A stretch of 64,000 nt of DNA from Dudresnaya verticillata (taxonomy: Eukaryota), in NCBI GenBank assembly GCA_977862235.1, contig OZ374563.1, positions 1,612,001-1,676,000 of the forward strand. Reading direction: 5' to 3'. Position numbers and translations under genes: made by a program. Below the pieces are notes generated by a model. That model searched no databases. It saw only the letters and a program-made list of their open reading frames with translations, and was not told the origin of the DNA. Below, piece after piece: positions 41,098 through 54,394 of the stretch (positions are counted from its first letter, which is position 1; every line of letters starts with the position of its first letter).

Positions 41098-42444
41098 TCA
41101 TCTCCAAGCATCCGCCGTCAGGCACGACTCCACCTCAGCATCAATCTTGCAAGCGCTCTTAACATCAGGTTCTATCCCAATTTTGTTAATGTCTTTGTGG
41201 TCTGGGGTCTCATACCTTGCAATGGTGACTGCCAGGCCGCTCCCATCGCTGAGCTGCGACACCGTCTGGACCACACCTTTCCCAAAAGTTTGTTCCCCTA
41301 CAAGCTTCGCTCTATGGTTGTCCTTTAGCGCGCCAGCCAAAATCTCGCTAGCACTAGCAGTGGCTTTGTTCACCAAAACAACCATTGGCTGATCAGTGAG
41401 CAAGCCATCTGTAGATGTATCGATTTCATCCGCAACACCATGCTTGTCCATCACGAACACAATAGGCTGCCCAGACTTCAAGAAGAGCCTAGCAACGTCC
41501 ACCCCAGCTGGGAAGTAACCACCAGGATTGTTCCGCAGATCCAGAACGATTTTGTCAATCTTCTCACCCTTGAACAACTCCAAAGCCTCTCGCATATCGC
41601 CGGACGTGCTCGAATTGAACTGCTTTATCTTAACGTAAAGCTCATTCGGCGCAAGCATCTTCGCCTTGATACTCTTCAGCTTCAAGCTCTCGCGGATCAT
41701 CTGAAAAGACTCCTCCTTCCCATGGCCGTCATCATGCACGACTGTCAACGATACAGAAGTACCAGGCCTGCCACGTATCCTCGCAGCGGCCTCATCCGGC
41801 GTGAGGTCAGCAGTATCCTCGCCGTCAATAAGTACAATAACATCCGAGGGCCTCACGCCAGCCCGCGCGGCAGGCGAGTCATCAATGGGACTGGTGACCT
41901 TGAGCGCATTGTCCACGCGAGCGGGGAACATCTCGACACCGACGCCGGCAACCTCTCCGGTGGCAGAGGACGTGAGGGAAGAGAACTGTTGCGGAGAGAG
42001 GAAGCGGGTGTATGGGTCTTGCAACAGAGCGAGCATGTCACGAATGGCCTTGTGGCCGTCCTCGACCGAGGCGTAAGCGCGCTTGACGGCCTTCATGCGC
42101 ACCGAGAACCAGTCTGTGTGGTTGAACGTCCGGTCTACGTACGACTGGTCCACCACACGCCATGCCTCCGCAACGAGCTTCTGAGGCTCTGTTAGAGCGT
42201 GTGCTGGGAGTGTTGGCTGGGTCAGAAGGAGCGCCCCCGATAAAAGTCCAGCTGTGAATGCTTGTAACACCCGGTTCGGTTTGCATGGCGGGGGAGTTGG
42301 TGGTGAAGACGCGCATTTCGTACTCTCCCGCTGTGGTACTGGCCCAGCGCGTGCTCGGAACGGAAGAGGGTTTGTGTGTCCTAAGATGAATGCCGGGTTC
42401 GGTACGGGAGAAAAATTGGAGAAATGACGCTGGCGCTTCGGCAT
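41098..42444 (-). CDS. ctpA: C-terminal processing peptidase CtpA (S41, D1 processing type), thylakoid lumen
   Basis: Bipartite targeting with AHA cleavage, L.DPYTRFL, PDZ domain, DLRNNPGG, catalytic TASASEI and TFGKG. Confidence 0.93.
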   Translation of the reverse strand: MPKRQRHFSNFSPVPNPAFILGHTNPLPFRARAGPVPQRESTKCASSPPTPPPCKPNRVLQAFTAGLLSGALLLTQPTLPAHALTEPQKLVAEAWRVVDQSYVDRTFNHTDWFSVRMKAVKRAYASVEDGHKAIRDMLALLQDPYTRFLSPQQFSSLTSSATGEVAGVGVEMFPARVDNALKVTSPIDDSPAARAGVRPSDVIVLIDGEDTADLTPDEAAARIRGRPGTSVSLTVVHDDGHGKEESFQMIRESLKLKSIKAKMLAPNELYVKIKQFNSSTSGDMREALELFKGEKIDKIVLDLRNNPGGYFPAGVDVARLFLKSGQPIVFVMDKHGVADEIDTSTDGLLTDQPMVVLVNKATASASEILAGALKDNHRAKLVGEQTFGKGVVQTVSQLSDGSGLAVTIARYETPDHKDINKIGIEPDVKSACKIDAEVESCLTADAWR

Positions 42445-43351
42445 GGCGAATCGTTCCGTTCGCAAGACTTGGAGACTCGCAAGCAATGTCAAGGGAAGTC
42501 GCAGACCCTGTTGCAGAGCTCGTTACTTGACAAAGAACCGTTTCGCCAGTCGGGGAGAGCAAGCACTAAGAGAAGTTTTATACGGTGCGCAAAGATGGAA
42601 AGCAGAATGCATTAAGGAGGCGTTCTCAACCGGGGTCAATGCCCTGACGAGCCGAGGGAACGGGAATGGATGCTGAAGAAAGGCTCCTGCGCAGCAACGC
42701 ATGTAATGCAACTTGTGGTCAATAGAGCGCACGGCATGTTATTGGCTGCCACACGCTCCCGAACCAGGATCGTGCGTCACTATTGGCCACAACAAATCTC
42801 AATTTCGGGAGACTCGGGCGTCTTCGAGGTAATATCGCGATTGCGAAGCTTCTTGCTTATGCCTTCTTTCTTTGTCTCTTCGAAGCTCGAAATCCGCAAC
42901 CGCAGGCCCCTTAAGGTGACTGCCGCTGCGTAGAGAGAGGATTGTTGAGACACAAAGTTCACCCAACAATAGGGGTTACGGCTCGCTAGCGCAACAACTG
43001 AAACGCTCTTCTGCGTCCGCTAGGCCAGGACTCAGAACATCTGGAGGAGCATTGACTTTGTCATCACAATGCGAGCCAAAACCAGTACTAGAGATCGCGA
43101 CCTCCATCGGAGAACTCCAATTGACAGTCAAAACCAAACGAGGTCGGGTGCTGTGCCCCGGTATCGCTGCCTTTATTACACTACATTCCTGGAATTCCTC
43201 GCACGGTCCAGACGTTGTCGCGTTACGATGCAATCCGTTGTGACCAGAGGCAATGGGCGTTTGATCTCAAACTGTGCATATTTCCGAAATGTCCTAGACG
43301 CAGGCAAAGCTCTCTACACAAAGTAGCACCAAGCAGGACATACCGTATGTC

Positions 43352-44462
<1,111 letters not shown>

Positions 44463-44468
44463 TTTGTG

Positions 44469-44700
44469 CTGTGAGAGATCCATGCGGGGAGGGGGGGGAG
44501 GTGAGGAGCCAGGTGGGAAGAGAAGTTAGCAGGCAGGAATGATGAGCGGGAAGATCCGGGCTGGAAGAGGAAATTGGGATCGGATCGGCATGGAACCGCG
44601 ATCGGCCGGTGAACGGCGGTCGGGGAAACTTGGCCGTACGGCCGCGATCTACATGACAGTGGATGAGGGGGATGAGGGGGATGGGCGAGATCCAACGTAC
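44469..44700 (-). other. Probable 5'-UTR intron of GAPDH
   Basis: AAG|GTACGT donor at 44700, TGCTAAC branch site ~44525-44531, and CACAG acceptor 6 nt before the ATG. Confidence 0.65.
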
Positions 44701-45379
44701 CTTTGAGGAAGAGGATAGACGAAGAAGAGAGGAGAGCGGGAAGAGATGTGGAGGTCGGAGGTAGGGGAAGGCTTGTGCGTTGTGTGGTCGGAGGGGAAGG
44801 GGTAGGACTATAGAGCGGATCAGCAGTCTGAAAAGCGTTTATGATTGTGCGTGCTGATTGCAACATCGGAGTGCAGAGATTCGAGAGCGGCGTATGAGAG
44901 GCGAACAGATGCTCGAAGAGATATTTTGCGAAAAGAAAGTCGTTTTTTCCGGAAAAAAACTTTGTTCCGGCGCATCTTTCTCGTCGCCAGCCGGCCTCGC
45001 AGCCGCAGCCGACAGACTCCGCCATTGCAGTCAATCAGCCGCGGCCAAATGGACGAGCCCGGCCTCGTCAAAAAAAACCGCGCACGGCAGGTTGCGCCCC
45101 GTGCGCCGGCGCTTACCCGCGTGCGTGCGCAGCCAGGCGCTGGCGACCCACCTCCCGGCATTGACTTGTCAAAAACAGGGCACAGCCTTCATCTTCATCG
45201 TCTCTCGTGTCGGCACGTGAATGTGTCGGGGCACCGGTGGGGAAAGCCAGCGCTGACTTTTGCAAACTACCATTCCAAAGCTGCCAAAACGCTACCACTC
45301 AGAGTTGACCTCTGTCGGCTAGTACAGCTCTCGATAAACCCCGCGGCTATTCTCTCAGAAAGCAGCTGATACGACAAGC

Positions 45380-46040
45380 ACAGCGCGGCCGCCCTTGGAA
45401 CGCTTCGCCACAAAGCTTCGCAGAAAGGCCTCGTACAAACAGCTACAACTTATAGCGTGCATCTCACTGGCAACGCTCTCCTTCCGTAGCTCCCCTCCGC
45501 ACGCCGCTTGTCGCTCGGAGCTGACCAGGGGTCCAAGTCTCTGGATCGGGTGCAACCCTCCTGCCGTAACCGCCGTGAACCCTGCAAAAGCCATTGCATT
45601 TTGCCCGCTAAACCCAGGGGAGCCAACGTCCTTGGCCTCTGCCCCGCAGCCACTTCCGCTCACGGCAATTCCGCCTCTGCCTGGCTCGGCTCCGACGCTA
45701 CTAGCTAGCGACTTGTACATCGACACCTGAATCGCCGTCTGAGCTGTCGAGTGAACGCATCCCGCAACACCCGAACAAAAGGATGGAATCCCGCCGCTGC
45801 CGTATTTCTGTCGGAACGTGTGCAATCGTTCGAAACTGCGTCATGGCCGCGATTGGTCTAATAAACAAGCAACTGGTCACAGCAGCGGCAGAGACCAGAC
45901 CTCAGAAGTTAGGCGTGCAACAGGACTCCAGCCTCCGTGTGAGTTTACCAGGTTTTCGGTGCGGTCCATAGCAATGAAGAAAATTACTCTGAAGGGGGCC
46001 GAATCGACGACGCCACACCCGCCCCTTTGAAGAAGCGCCG
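45380..46040 (-). pseudogene. Decayed mitochondrial carrier (SLC25-like) remnant
   Basis: Frameshifted fragments in carrier order: RFFKGAG / SAPFRVIFFIAMDRT / GLVSAAAVTSCLFIRPIAAMTQ / GGIPSFCSG...TAIQVSMYKSL / AFAGFTAVT / ISCSCLYEAF. Confidence 0.5.
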
Positions 46041-47611
46041 TAGGCAGTCGTCTTTTAATATCCACCGACACACCGACGGCTCGCTTGCTTGCTTCCTCCT
46101 CTTGTTCACCATGCTTATTCGAGACGAGAGATGACAGTGTCAAATGGAGTGCTCACAAATGCCGCTGTAGCCCCAGCAAGCCCTTCTGATACATGCTTAC
46201 ATGCTTGATCCTCAGGCTGTCGACCAGTCTTCGTGTTTCGCTGTTGTTTGTTCCCGGTTTATGATGAGCACGCTGGGAGCCTATAGTTACAGAATAATAA
46301 ACTAGCCAAAAATAAATCGCCATTTGTCCAACCGCCGGAATGGCCCTAGGAAGACGTCCAGCAAAATCATTCTTTCTCTCGCGACGGACGTAGATCCGGG
46401 AAAACGAAAAAATAGCAGGTGGCCTTGGTTCTATGAAGAGAGGATGAGGTCAGTGCTAGACACTGTGGACGTTAAGAAAGAAAAATTCGTCTGGAGGCTC
46501 CATCAAGCAAGTGACAGTCCCCTTCAAGGATATGGATATAGTCTGCCACAGACCGTCCGCACTGAAATGACTGGAATTGTTGAACGTGGTAGTACGTGTA
46601 TTGTATGGTTTTCGATTTCCTGCCTGCTTCAAGTGCGCTCTTTTGTAGGTTTAGAAGCCAAACTTCAAGACGGCCCAAGCCTCCGAGCATATAACGCTAC
46701 CCATGATTTTGCCGTGCAATAATGGGATAAACAAAATTCCGCTGTGATTCTGCAATGGCATGTCCAATAAAGGAGAAGAACAAGCTTTGCTGTTTAAAAG
46801 AAAAACATTCGTATGAGAAGCTGGTTGGGACAGATAGTCAATTAAACCTTAAACTACTCACCTATAACCGCCGGTGCTGAAGGAGACTGTTGAAGCTTTT
46901 GTTGCCCTCATCCTAAGAAATGAAAACAAATTCCCTAGCAATGTACACGTACAAGCGATGTACACGGCTCGTACGTAACAAACAACAATTACGGCAAAGG
47001 AAGAAAACAGGAACTGGCAAGCAAAAGAAGATTTTTCAAAATAATGGACGATATAAATGATACTTTCCCATCGCATATCATCCAATTATTCCTTTGTTAG
47101 AAGCTGTTCCTGCTTAAATCTGTGTGTATCTACCGGACCACCTACCCTGCAAATCCGCAACGTGGAGGTGCTATTCATTTGCCCTGTGCTACGCAGTACT
47201 CTCCTGCGGTGATGATACTCCAAGCTTGTTTTGAAATGCAGCGGTCGGCAAGCATTCAAACGTTTGGTTCCTTCAACAAAAACGTTGTAACAGAAAACGG
47301 CTAAGAGGCTGCGGGTGGCTGCTGCTGTTATTATCAAAAGTACAACTGGAACTGTAGAGTGCACTACCATTGCCTCCTGCACCCTATTCTCCGTAAACTG
47401 CAACTGCTAGCTACGTGCCACTAAGTGTAAACGAGAAAAGGAATATTGCATGCGTTGAACACCTCTCTCATTTATACCATACTGCAGTGTCAGGAAAAGC
47501 GAAAGCCGAAGACCGCCATGAAGGGCAAGGATGCAAAGTAGCACAAATGGTCATTGTAGTTAGATAATTCTTATTGCCTCATGCACGTATTCTATCCTCT
47601 GCGAATCCAGC

Positions 47612-48721
47612 TCACCATTCTTCGGAAGCCCCCCAGCACTCCCACGGCGTCCTCGATGATTCATCTGTGGTCGAATAAAATGAAGCATCCGGCCGAACTC
47701 GTCGCAAGCCAAGTCGGAATAAAAGCTCGTTGAAACGGATTGACCGGGACAGATGTTCCAACCGTTCAATAGCCGCAGTGGTTTTGCGCGAAAGTCTAAC
47801 CCGAATTCCGGGCAACATCAGTCTGCGAAGGGGAAGAAGCGGCGAGGGGTGCAACGGGTACACCATGGGATATGGCAAACCGCACATACCCCAGAATGTC
47901 TCACTCTCTGTTGAGTCTGTGAACATTCTCACCAAGCCGGAGTCCACCGAGACATCTTGAAACCCTTCATAACTTTCCAAGTGCTCACCCAGTTGTGACG
48001 ACGGGCTGTCGTGAAATTTGCCGACCTCTTTCGACTCTTGGCTCAGCTGCTGAAGGCTTTTCTTCAACTGATCAGTCATGAGTACGGCTTGGACATTTTC
48101 ATGATCCTCCTTCTCTTCACCCATCGGCCTTTCATCTACTACCCATTCTTGTTCATGTAGCGGGGGGGACTGAGATGGTGCAAGATTGGAATTTTGGAGC
48201 AGCTTCCGGGAAATCCAGCGGGATGCTTTCTTCAAGGTTGAGGGACCTCCGGATCTAGTTATCCAAGATATCAGCGTCGATGGCTTAGGCTGGGTCTCAA
48301 CTGCACGTACTCCATTATCGGAAGAGGCGGATGATGCCAAGACTTCGCTCAGGGGAGCCTCACTCGCTGTCGAATCCTTTCCTGATGGCTTCTGCACCGC
48401 CCCATCTTGTAGTTCAAGCTGGCGTTTGCAATCTAGTTCTTTGGCTGGATCCTTGCTCGCACTAGCATGATGAGAAGCATTCACACCTTCCTTCAGATCC
48501 GAGAAAAGCCGGTAATTTGACGAACTCGTAGTCGCAAATTGAAGTAGCCTGAACTCATTGTACTTTGGGCTAGAGCCGTCACGGTCGACGGTCGTGTTCT
48601 GGATGAAGTAGTCCTGGCGTCCATTTCTCCAAACATGACAAGCCCTGCTCTCCAATCCCCCCGCATCTGTTCGGTACCGAACGTAGCTGGTGTCAACCAC
48701 CTTGCAGGTCTTTGATTCCAT
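47612..48721 (-). CDS. Hypothetical protein (369 aa)
   Basis: Long ATG-started ORF in moderate-GC DNA, with a Ser/acidic-rich middle. No motif recognised. Confidence 0.45.
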   Translation of the reverse strand: MESKTCKVVDTSYVRYRTDAGGLESRACHVWRNGRQDYFIQNTTVDRDGSSPKYNEFRLLQFATTSSSNYRLFSDLKEGVNASHHASASKDPAKELDCKRQLELQDGAVQKPSGKDSTASEAPLSEVLASSASSDNGVRAVETQPKPSTLISWITRSGGPSTLKKASRWISRKLLQNSNLAPSQSPPLHEQEWVVDERPMGEEKEDHENVQAVLMTDQLKKSLQQLSQESKEVGKFHDSPSSQLGEHLESYEGFQDVSVDSGLVRMFTDSTESETFWGMCGLPYPMVYPLHPSPLLPLRRLMLPGIRVRLSRKTTAAIERLEHLSRSIRFNELLFRLGLRRVRPDASFYSTTDESSRTPWECWGASEEW

Positions 48722-49756
48722 GATTGGCTATGAGGCGGGGAGATTAAGTGAAGAACACGCCTTTCTTCTTAATGCTAATGGGATCCCAGCAAATAGACAA
48801 AGAAAACACTCTTGGAAGTTAGTAGCAGAGGCTCTGCAGTAGACTCACGACTCCGAAGAGGGGTAATCAACGAACGTAGCTTAAGAGCTACGCAAAGCGA
48901 CAAAGAAGAGGATCGAAACAAATGTTCTACCACGGAGGGAGTGTGTGTTGAAAATTCCCGATCCGGGAGGGCTTCAAATAGCCGTTTGAAGAAGGTGGGT
49001 GGGCAAAATGCACTATTGGACATTGAGATAAGATGCCCTCTCCCGCTACCTCTCCCTCTCTGTTCATTTACGAAACCCCATGCCAGGCCAGAGTAGATTT
49101 TTACCGACAGGTAGCTTGCACTTGAGTCAGTAGTCCAGGTCGGGTTTCAGAACGATAGGCCTGTCCTCTCCTTCCACATTTCCTGAACCCCAGCCCCCAA
49201 ACAGGGTGATGCCACTCGACCCTCCCCCTCTCCTTTGTGTGCGAGGCGGAGAAAGGCTACTATGGAGAAGAAATCAGGTTGTAGCCATTAATAATTTTGC
49301 ACTACTCCCAGCCACATCAAGCCGCTCACACAAGAACAAATGTCATCAGCCCAAAATTCAGCAACTGTACAGTCTCTAGCTCAAGGTTGACGAGTACAGA
49401 TTAATGCAAACTTTCGCTGCTGTAACCGTGAAGAGAGTTACAAGAACAGACAAGATATACGTATGCTGCTAAGGCGGTCCGTCAACGGCTTGAGAATACA
49501 AAAAGAAACCAGGTGTAGGCCGATACTTGAATGGCGGCCTGATACAGCTTGCAATGCAGTGATGTCGACCATTCTGCGAGTCTTCTTGACTTGAACTTGA
49601 CGGATTTCGCTGCAGTTCGGATGCCCCCAAGTCGGACCATGCAAGTGTTTACGGCTTTGTCATTGCCAAGCTTTCCCTTTTGTCATCGGTAGAACCAACG
49701 ATGACTAAATAAAAAGGGGATCAATGGCAGGTATTTCACTTATAGACACCACGAGC

Positions 49757-51517
49757 TCAAAACCCTTGATCCACGGCTTTTTGTTCCACGTACGGCTTCA
49801 ATCTCCTTCCAAAACCGTACATGATAAACTGCAGTACGGCCATCAAACAGAACACTGGCATTGAACACCATAGCCCACTGCACACACGCTGCGTCTGCTC
49901 GGGTTGCTCGCCGACGATCCGCAAATCTATCCAGTTGCCAAATGCAGAACGCAGTAAGCTCGGTACAGTGCTAGCCAGAGTAGCAGACGTGATGGTAACA
50001 AGCGGACCTAGCAAGGCAAAGTTTCTCGGAAAGCTTCGCACTCCAAACCAGAGCGTAGTCAGGGCTGGGCTGGCCGAGAACCATGTGCCGTAGCAAAAGC
50101 CAACTAGGGCCACAGGCAAATACAGCATGGATGACTTTGCAAACGCAATGCCTACCATTGCCAGCCCCATTAGTAGCGAGTTTGCCAGCATGATGTCGTA
50201 CTTCCATACATGACGTGCTACGGGATTTTGTCCCCAGTCCATAATAGCGCCAGTGCCCAGGCGGCCAGTGACATTGCACGCCGAGAACAGCACAACGATG
50301 GAGCGGACCATTTTGCTGACCCGTTCCTCATCAAAGAGCGTAGTGGTCGGAGAAGCGTCCCCATACAGCAGGTTTGACACAAGCAGCGGGGCCTGCACCA
50401 AAAGCGCGACGCCGCCACCTACAAGAACCAGAAAGCCCAAGCAGAGGTAGAGATAGCGCGGATCTATTGCGACGGTGATAAACGGGTCAAGCGGGTCTGC
50501 CGCCGCCTGCCCCGGCGCATTTGGCAACCGCGCATCGTCCTGTGCTTGGACTTGAAGTTTGGAGACCAACCTTAGAAGCAACAATGACACTACGCCGAGA
50601 AGGACGACGAATGCACAGGTCAGGCGGACGACGCGCGGAAATTGCAGGACCTCGGCGAGCGCAAACAGCACCAAGCCTCCTACCAAGGTCCAGGCAGCTC
50701 CATAAGCATACGGCAGACGCGGTTGTATATGTGCCTTGAGCGCACGCAATGAAAGTGGGGCATCATTGGGGCTCCCCTCTTCTTCTTCTTCTTCTTCTTC
50801 TTCTTCTTCTTCTTCTTCTTCTTCTTCTTCTTCTTCTTCTGCGGATGGGACAGCACGCGAGTCGTCGGCGTCGGTGTTTGGCACGGCATCGTACATGCAT
50901 GCGACCTCTGCTGGCGGGTCGACCAGAAACGTTTGCTTGTCCGGAAAGCACAGCATGGTCAAGACAGCGGCGCCAATGGCATACGCGCTAATACAAAGCA
51001 GCATGGGCGCGGTGTCGCGCAGCGACGGGAAAAAGGCCGTCTGCAAAGCGCCTGCCACGCCCGCGGCCGCGCCAAACATGGCCGCGGACAATCCCACGAC
51101 GCTGCCACGAAACGCGCGCGGAAACAGAGCGGCCGACGCCGCCAGCGCCGAGCTGTACACCATGTACGAAAACGTGCCGATGACGAGCGCCATGGCGACG
51201 CACGCGGCGACGACGGCCGAGTGCAGGGCCGCGCGCGGCGGGGCCGCGCGCACCACGGCGGCCAGCGTGCCGTAGCTGGCCGCGCAGCCCAGCAGCCCCA
51301 GCACGGCCGTGGCGCGGCTGCCCACGCGCGAGTGCAGCACGCCGCCCACCACGCCCAGCACGGACCCGCAGTTGGCCGTGGCCACGACGGCCGTGGCCTC
51401 CGCGTCGGTCAGCTGCAGGCTGTGCTGCAGGCCCGGGGCGAGCGCGGGCCACCAGTACAGCAGGCCGGCTGTGAGCTGCGACAGGAGGGCCGTGGAGAGG
51501 ACCAGGAACGGGCGCGC

Positions 51518-51551
<34 letters not shown>

Positions 51552-51571
51552 GGGTGCGTGGGCGTGAGCAT
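49757..51571 (-). CDS. Nodulin-like MFS transporter, paralog 1
   Basis: ~12 TM segments; AGLLY.W, FP..FRG.VVGL...FG, S.CN..GRL..G.I.D and WFG.R.F..N motifs; poly-Glu loop. Confidence 0.9.
50778..50840 (+). repeat. (TTC)n microsatellite encoding poly-Glu in MFS paralog 1
   Basis: About 21 perfect triplets, reading GAA on the coding strand. Confidence 0.95.
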
Positions 51572-52450
51572 GTTGGGGGGGTGGGGTGGGTGTGTGGCGC
51601 GGCGCGGCGCGGATTGATGATGATGGTGCGTGTGGCAGCGGGGCGGAGGATGTGTGCGGTGTGATGGGAGGTGAGGTCGAGGGAGATGGCGGGGGAATAG
51701 TATTGGGCTCTCAGCGGGTGGTTTGGAGGTCGGGGAGGGCAATATTTGGGGATGGTTTTCAACGAGCACTGCGATTGTGGGCGATGACGTCACTTTTGCG
51801 CGTAAGATAGATGCGAAGTGATTTTGATAGCTTTGGGCTTTCGGGTGTGTGCGCCACTGTGGTCCTTTTTTGTTTGAAGCCAAAGACAATTGTATCACAA
51901 GGCGTTGCGCGCAGGAGGAAGGTTTAGGGCTGCACATGTACTGTATGTTGGTGTGGTGTGCTCGCTGCTCGCTGCTCGCTGCTCGAAATCAACATGAATA
52001 ATAGCACGCCGCGGTGATTGGGCGCGCGGTGACGCGTTGAAAAGGCAAAGCGCGCGGATGGCTTGAACGAGCGATAGGGAAAGAGTGGCGCGGCTGAAGG
52101 TAGCTTCAAGGCGCCCTACTCCGAGTACTCGGCGTGTCGCAGCGCTGTTGCAAGCGCTGTTGCAAGCGCCAGTGCTATGGCGCATGCGTCATACGGTGCA
52201 GCGCGCAGCAGGTGGCATTTCGCCAGACGCGAAACGCGCGAGTGCTTCACTTTCCGCGATGCGCCGCCCGGCACGCCCGGCGCGCCTGGCACGCAGCCTC
52301 GCAGCCGCCGCCAAAGGAGAAACGAAAACTATTGTTCACTATTGTACACAAACGCGCGCGCGCGCGCGAGCCGAGCGCGCCACCAAAGACAAAACCAAAA
52401 TCGCCTACTTACTGTACACACATTGCGCCGCGCCGCGCCGCGCCGCGCCG

Positions 52451-53195
52451 TCAGTAGCCCTCGTCCACGGCCTTGCGCTCGACAAACTCGCGCACGCGTC
52501 TGCCGAGCGCGTACATGCCCAGGTGCAGCGCGCCGAGCAGGCAGAACGCGGGCGTGGAGCAGCGCAGCGCCGCGCTGCACACGCGCTGCGTCTGGCCGCG
52601 CAGCGCGCCGGCGATGCGCAGGTCCACCCACGAGCCGAACGCGTCGCGCAGCGCGCCGGGCACGGTGGACGCCAGCGTGGCCGTGCCGACCATGACCAGC
52701 GGGTTGAGCAGCGCGGCGTTGCGCGGGAAGCTGCGCACACCAAACCAGATGGTCGTCAGCGCGGCCGACGTGGAGAACCACGTGCCGAAGCACAGCCCCA
52801 CCACGCCCACCAGCACGTACAGCATCGTCTGCCCGGCAAACGCGATGCCCAGCAGCGCGAGCCCCATGGCGTACGTGTTGCCCAGCATGATGTCGAACTT
52901 CCACATGTGCCGCTGCACCGCGTCCGAGCCCCAGTCCATCACAGACCCGATGCCCAGCCGCGCCGTCACGTTGCACGCGGAGAACACCACCACCATGGCC
53001 CGCACCACCCCGCTCACCCGGTCCTCGTTGAACACGGCCTTGGCCGCGTCCGCGTCGCCGTACAGGTGCCCGGAAGCGAGCTGCGGCAGCTGCACCAGCA
53101 GCGCGATACCGCCGCCGCCCACCAGCAGCAGGAACCCCAAACAGAGGTACAGGTAGCGCGGGTCAGTCACAACGGCGCGCAGCGGCACGAGCCCC

Positions 53196-53228
<33 letters not shown>

Positions 53229-53259
53229 GCCGCGTGGTGCCCATCGATACCATTGTTGT

Positions 53260-53300
<41 letters not shown>

Positions 53301-54394
53301 CTGGCGCCGCCGCTGGTGCTGGCGCTTCTGCTGCTGCCGTCGTCGTCGGGCTCCGCCTCCACCACCAGGTCGGACAGCAGCGGCAGCACGAGCAGACACC
53401 CCAGCGCCAGCACGGCAATGGAGACGCACACGCCCTGCGCCGCGCGTGACAGGTTGCCCAGCTCGGCCATGGCGGACAGGAGCAGGCTGGCGACGACGCC
53501 CCACGACAGCGCGTACGCGGCGGAGAGCCGCGGCTGGATGTGCGCCTTGAGCAGGTGCATCGGTGTCGGCGCCGGCAGCAACGGGGGGGCGTTGTTGCCC
53601 AGTGGGGCCGGTGCCGGTGCCGGTGCCGGTGCCAGTGCCAGTGGCAGTGGCGGCACACCAAGCTGAGCCTCCTCGTCAACCACCAGGCGCGACACGGAGC
53701 GGACAAGCACCGCGCCGTACACCGGCTCGACAGACGCGGCCGGAGACGGGTCCACGCGAAACGTCTCCTTGTCCGGGAACGAGCGCAGCACGAGCCCGGC
53801 GGCGGCAACGCAGTACACCGCTATGCACACGAGCAGCGCCACCGTGTCGCGCATGGACGGGAACACAGCCTCCTGCACGGCCGCGGCAACGCCCGCGGCC
53901 GCGCCAAACATAGCCGCGGACAGCCCGACCACGCGGCCGCGGAACACGCGCGGGAACACCGCGCTCGCGGCCGCGATGCCGCCGGTGTAGATCACGTACG
54001 TGCACATCTCCAGCACGAGCGCCACGGCCGCGCACGCGAGGAAGGCCGCGGGCGGCCCCGAGCCGGCGGGTGGCGCGTCGCGCGGCGCGGCCGCGACCAG
54101 CGCGGCCAGGAACACGTAGCACGCCGACATGAGCAGCAGCGCGGCCGCGGCCGCGACGCGCGTGCCAAAGCGCGTGGTCACGGCCGCGCCCAGCAGGTCC
54201 AGCGGCGAGCCTGCGTTGGCGATGGCCACCAGCGCGGTGGCCTGCGGCACGGACAGGTGCAGGTGGTGGCGCAGCGCGGGCGTGAGCGCCGGCCACCAGT
54301 ACAGCAGGCCGGCGGTGAGCTGCGAGAGCAGCGCGGACGACAGCACCAGGAACGGGGCTGCGCGGCGGCGCGGCGCGGACGGGTGCGGAGACAT
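52451..54394 (-). CDS. Nodulin-like MFS transporter, paralog 2
   Basis: Tandem paralog sharing PFLVLS.ALLSQLTAGLLYWWPAL, LKAHIQPRL, DPRYLYLCLGFL and WFGVRSFPRN with paralog 1. Confidence 0.9.
53198..53300 (+). repeat. (GCT)n and (GTTGCT)n microsatellites encoding poly-Ala and Ser-Asn tracts in MFS paralog 2
   Basis: Visible triplet and hexamer runs. Confidence 0.85.
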
